Source: Octopus vulgaris
Taxonomy: Eukaryota
Length of the DNA: 64,000 bases
NCBI GenBank assembly: GCA_951406725.2
Contig: OX597824.1
Location: 88,660,001-88,724,000, forward strand
Direction: 5' to 3'
Made by a program: the position numbers and the translations under genes. The notes under the pieces were generated by a model, which did not search any database, had not been told where the DNA came from, and saw only the letters and a program-made list of their open reading frames with translations. Position 1 is the first letter of the stretch, and each line of letters begins with the position of its first letter. Of this stretch, positions 63,652 to 64,000 are shown one piece after another.

Positions 63652-64000
63652 TGTATATACACACATATACACAAACACACACACACAACTACATATTATA
63701 TGCATAGCTAAAATCTCCAAAGAAACAAAAATTTGTAGATGCCCATGATACGCAAGAACTAATGCTATCCATTCCGTTTTATTACCATATTCTGAATGGT
63801 ATAAATCATACCTATTGCATTGTCCAACTTAACGGGTGTATAATGAATTGCCAGATCCTAAATGCCGGGTGTTCAAACCATAAAAATCCAGAGATTTTTT
63901 CTTTTTAAAATATATGTAAAATAAAATAAAATAAAATAAAAAATAAAAAAAGAATGCAGTCTTTTCTTTACTTTTAGAGTGGTTTTAAAAGATTTGTCAT

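Noticed and set aside
1301-63748. Dozens of 60-150 aa track ORFs (e.g. ...LDALPNANH..., ...VEDTCPRCHAVGLNPEPCGW, YIYIYI runs)
   Set aside because: They are recurring translations of SINE families A/B/C and microsatellites, not genes.

Overview
Eukaryotic (animal) genomic DNA: AT-rich, intron-rich and dense in SINEs, MITEs and microsatellites. The repeat families and gene structure suggest an octopus/cephalopod (inference). Two spliced genes were reconstructed by hand from GT-AG boundaries and frame continuity, and they are divergently oriented. (1) On the minus strand, a complete 10-exon mitochondrial transcription factor B2 / dimethyladenosine-transferase-family gene (TFB2M-like, 32473->6929, 405 aa). 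(2) On the plus strand, a gene running off the window (46379->62070+) that encodes a ~1090-aa disordered region, a methyl-CpG-binding domain retaining the key mCpG-reading residues, a PHD finger and the start of an F-box. This resembles the KDM2/FBXL19 CxxC-PHD-F-box architecture but with an MBD in place of CxxC, and it is the top candidate system. The intergenic region holds a Penelope-type hammerhead ribozyme inside a foldback, a head-to-tail trimer of non-autonomous Helitrons, a 7-unit ~170-190 bp tandem array and two 8-bp-TSD MITEs. Most short ORFs in the track are spurious translations of repeats. No database search was possible, so all family names are pattern recognition.
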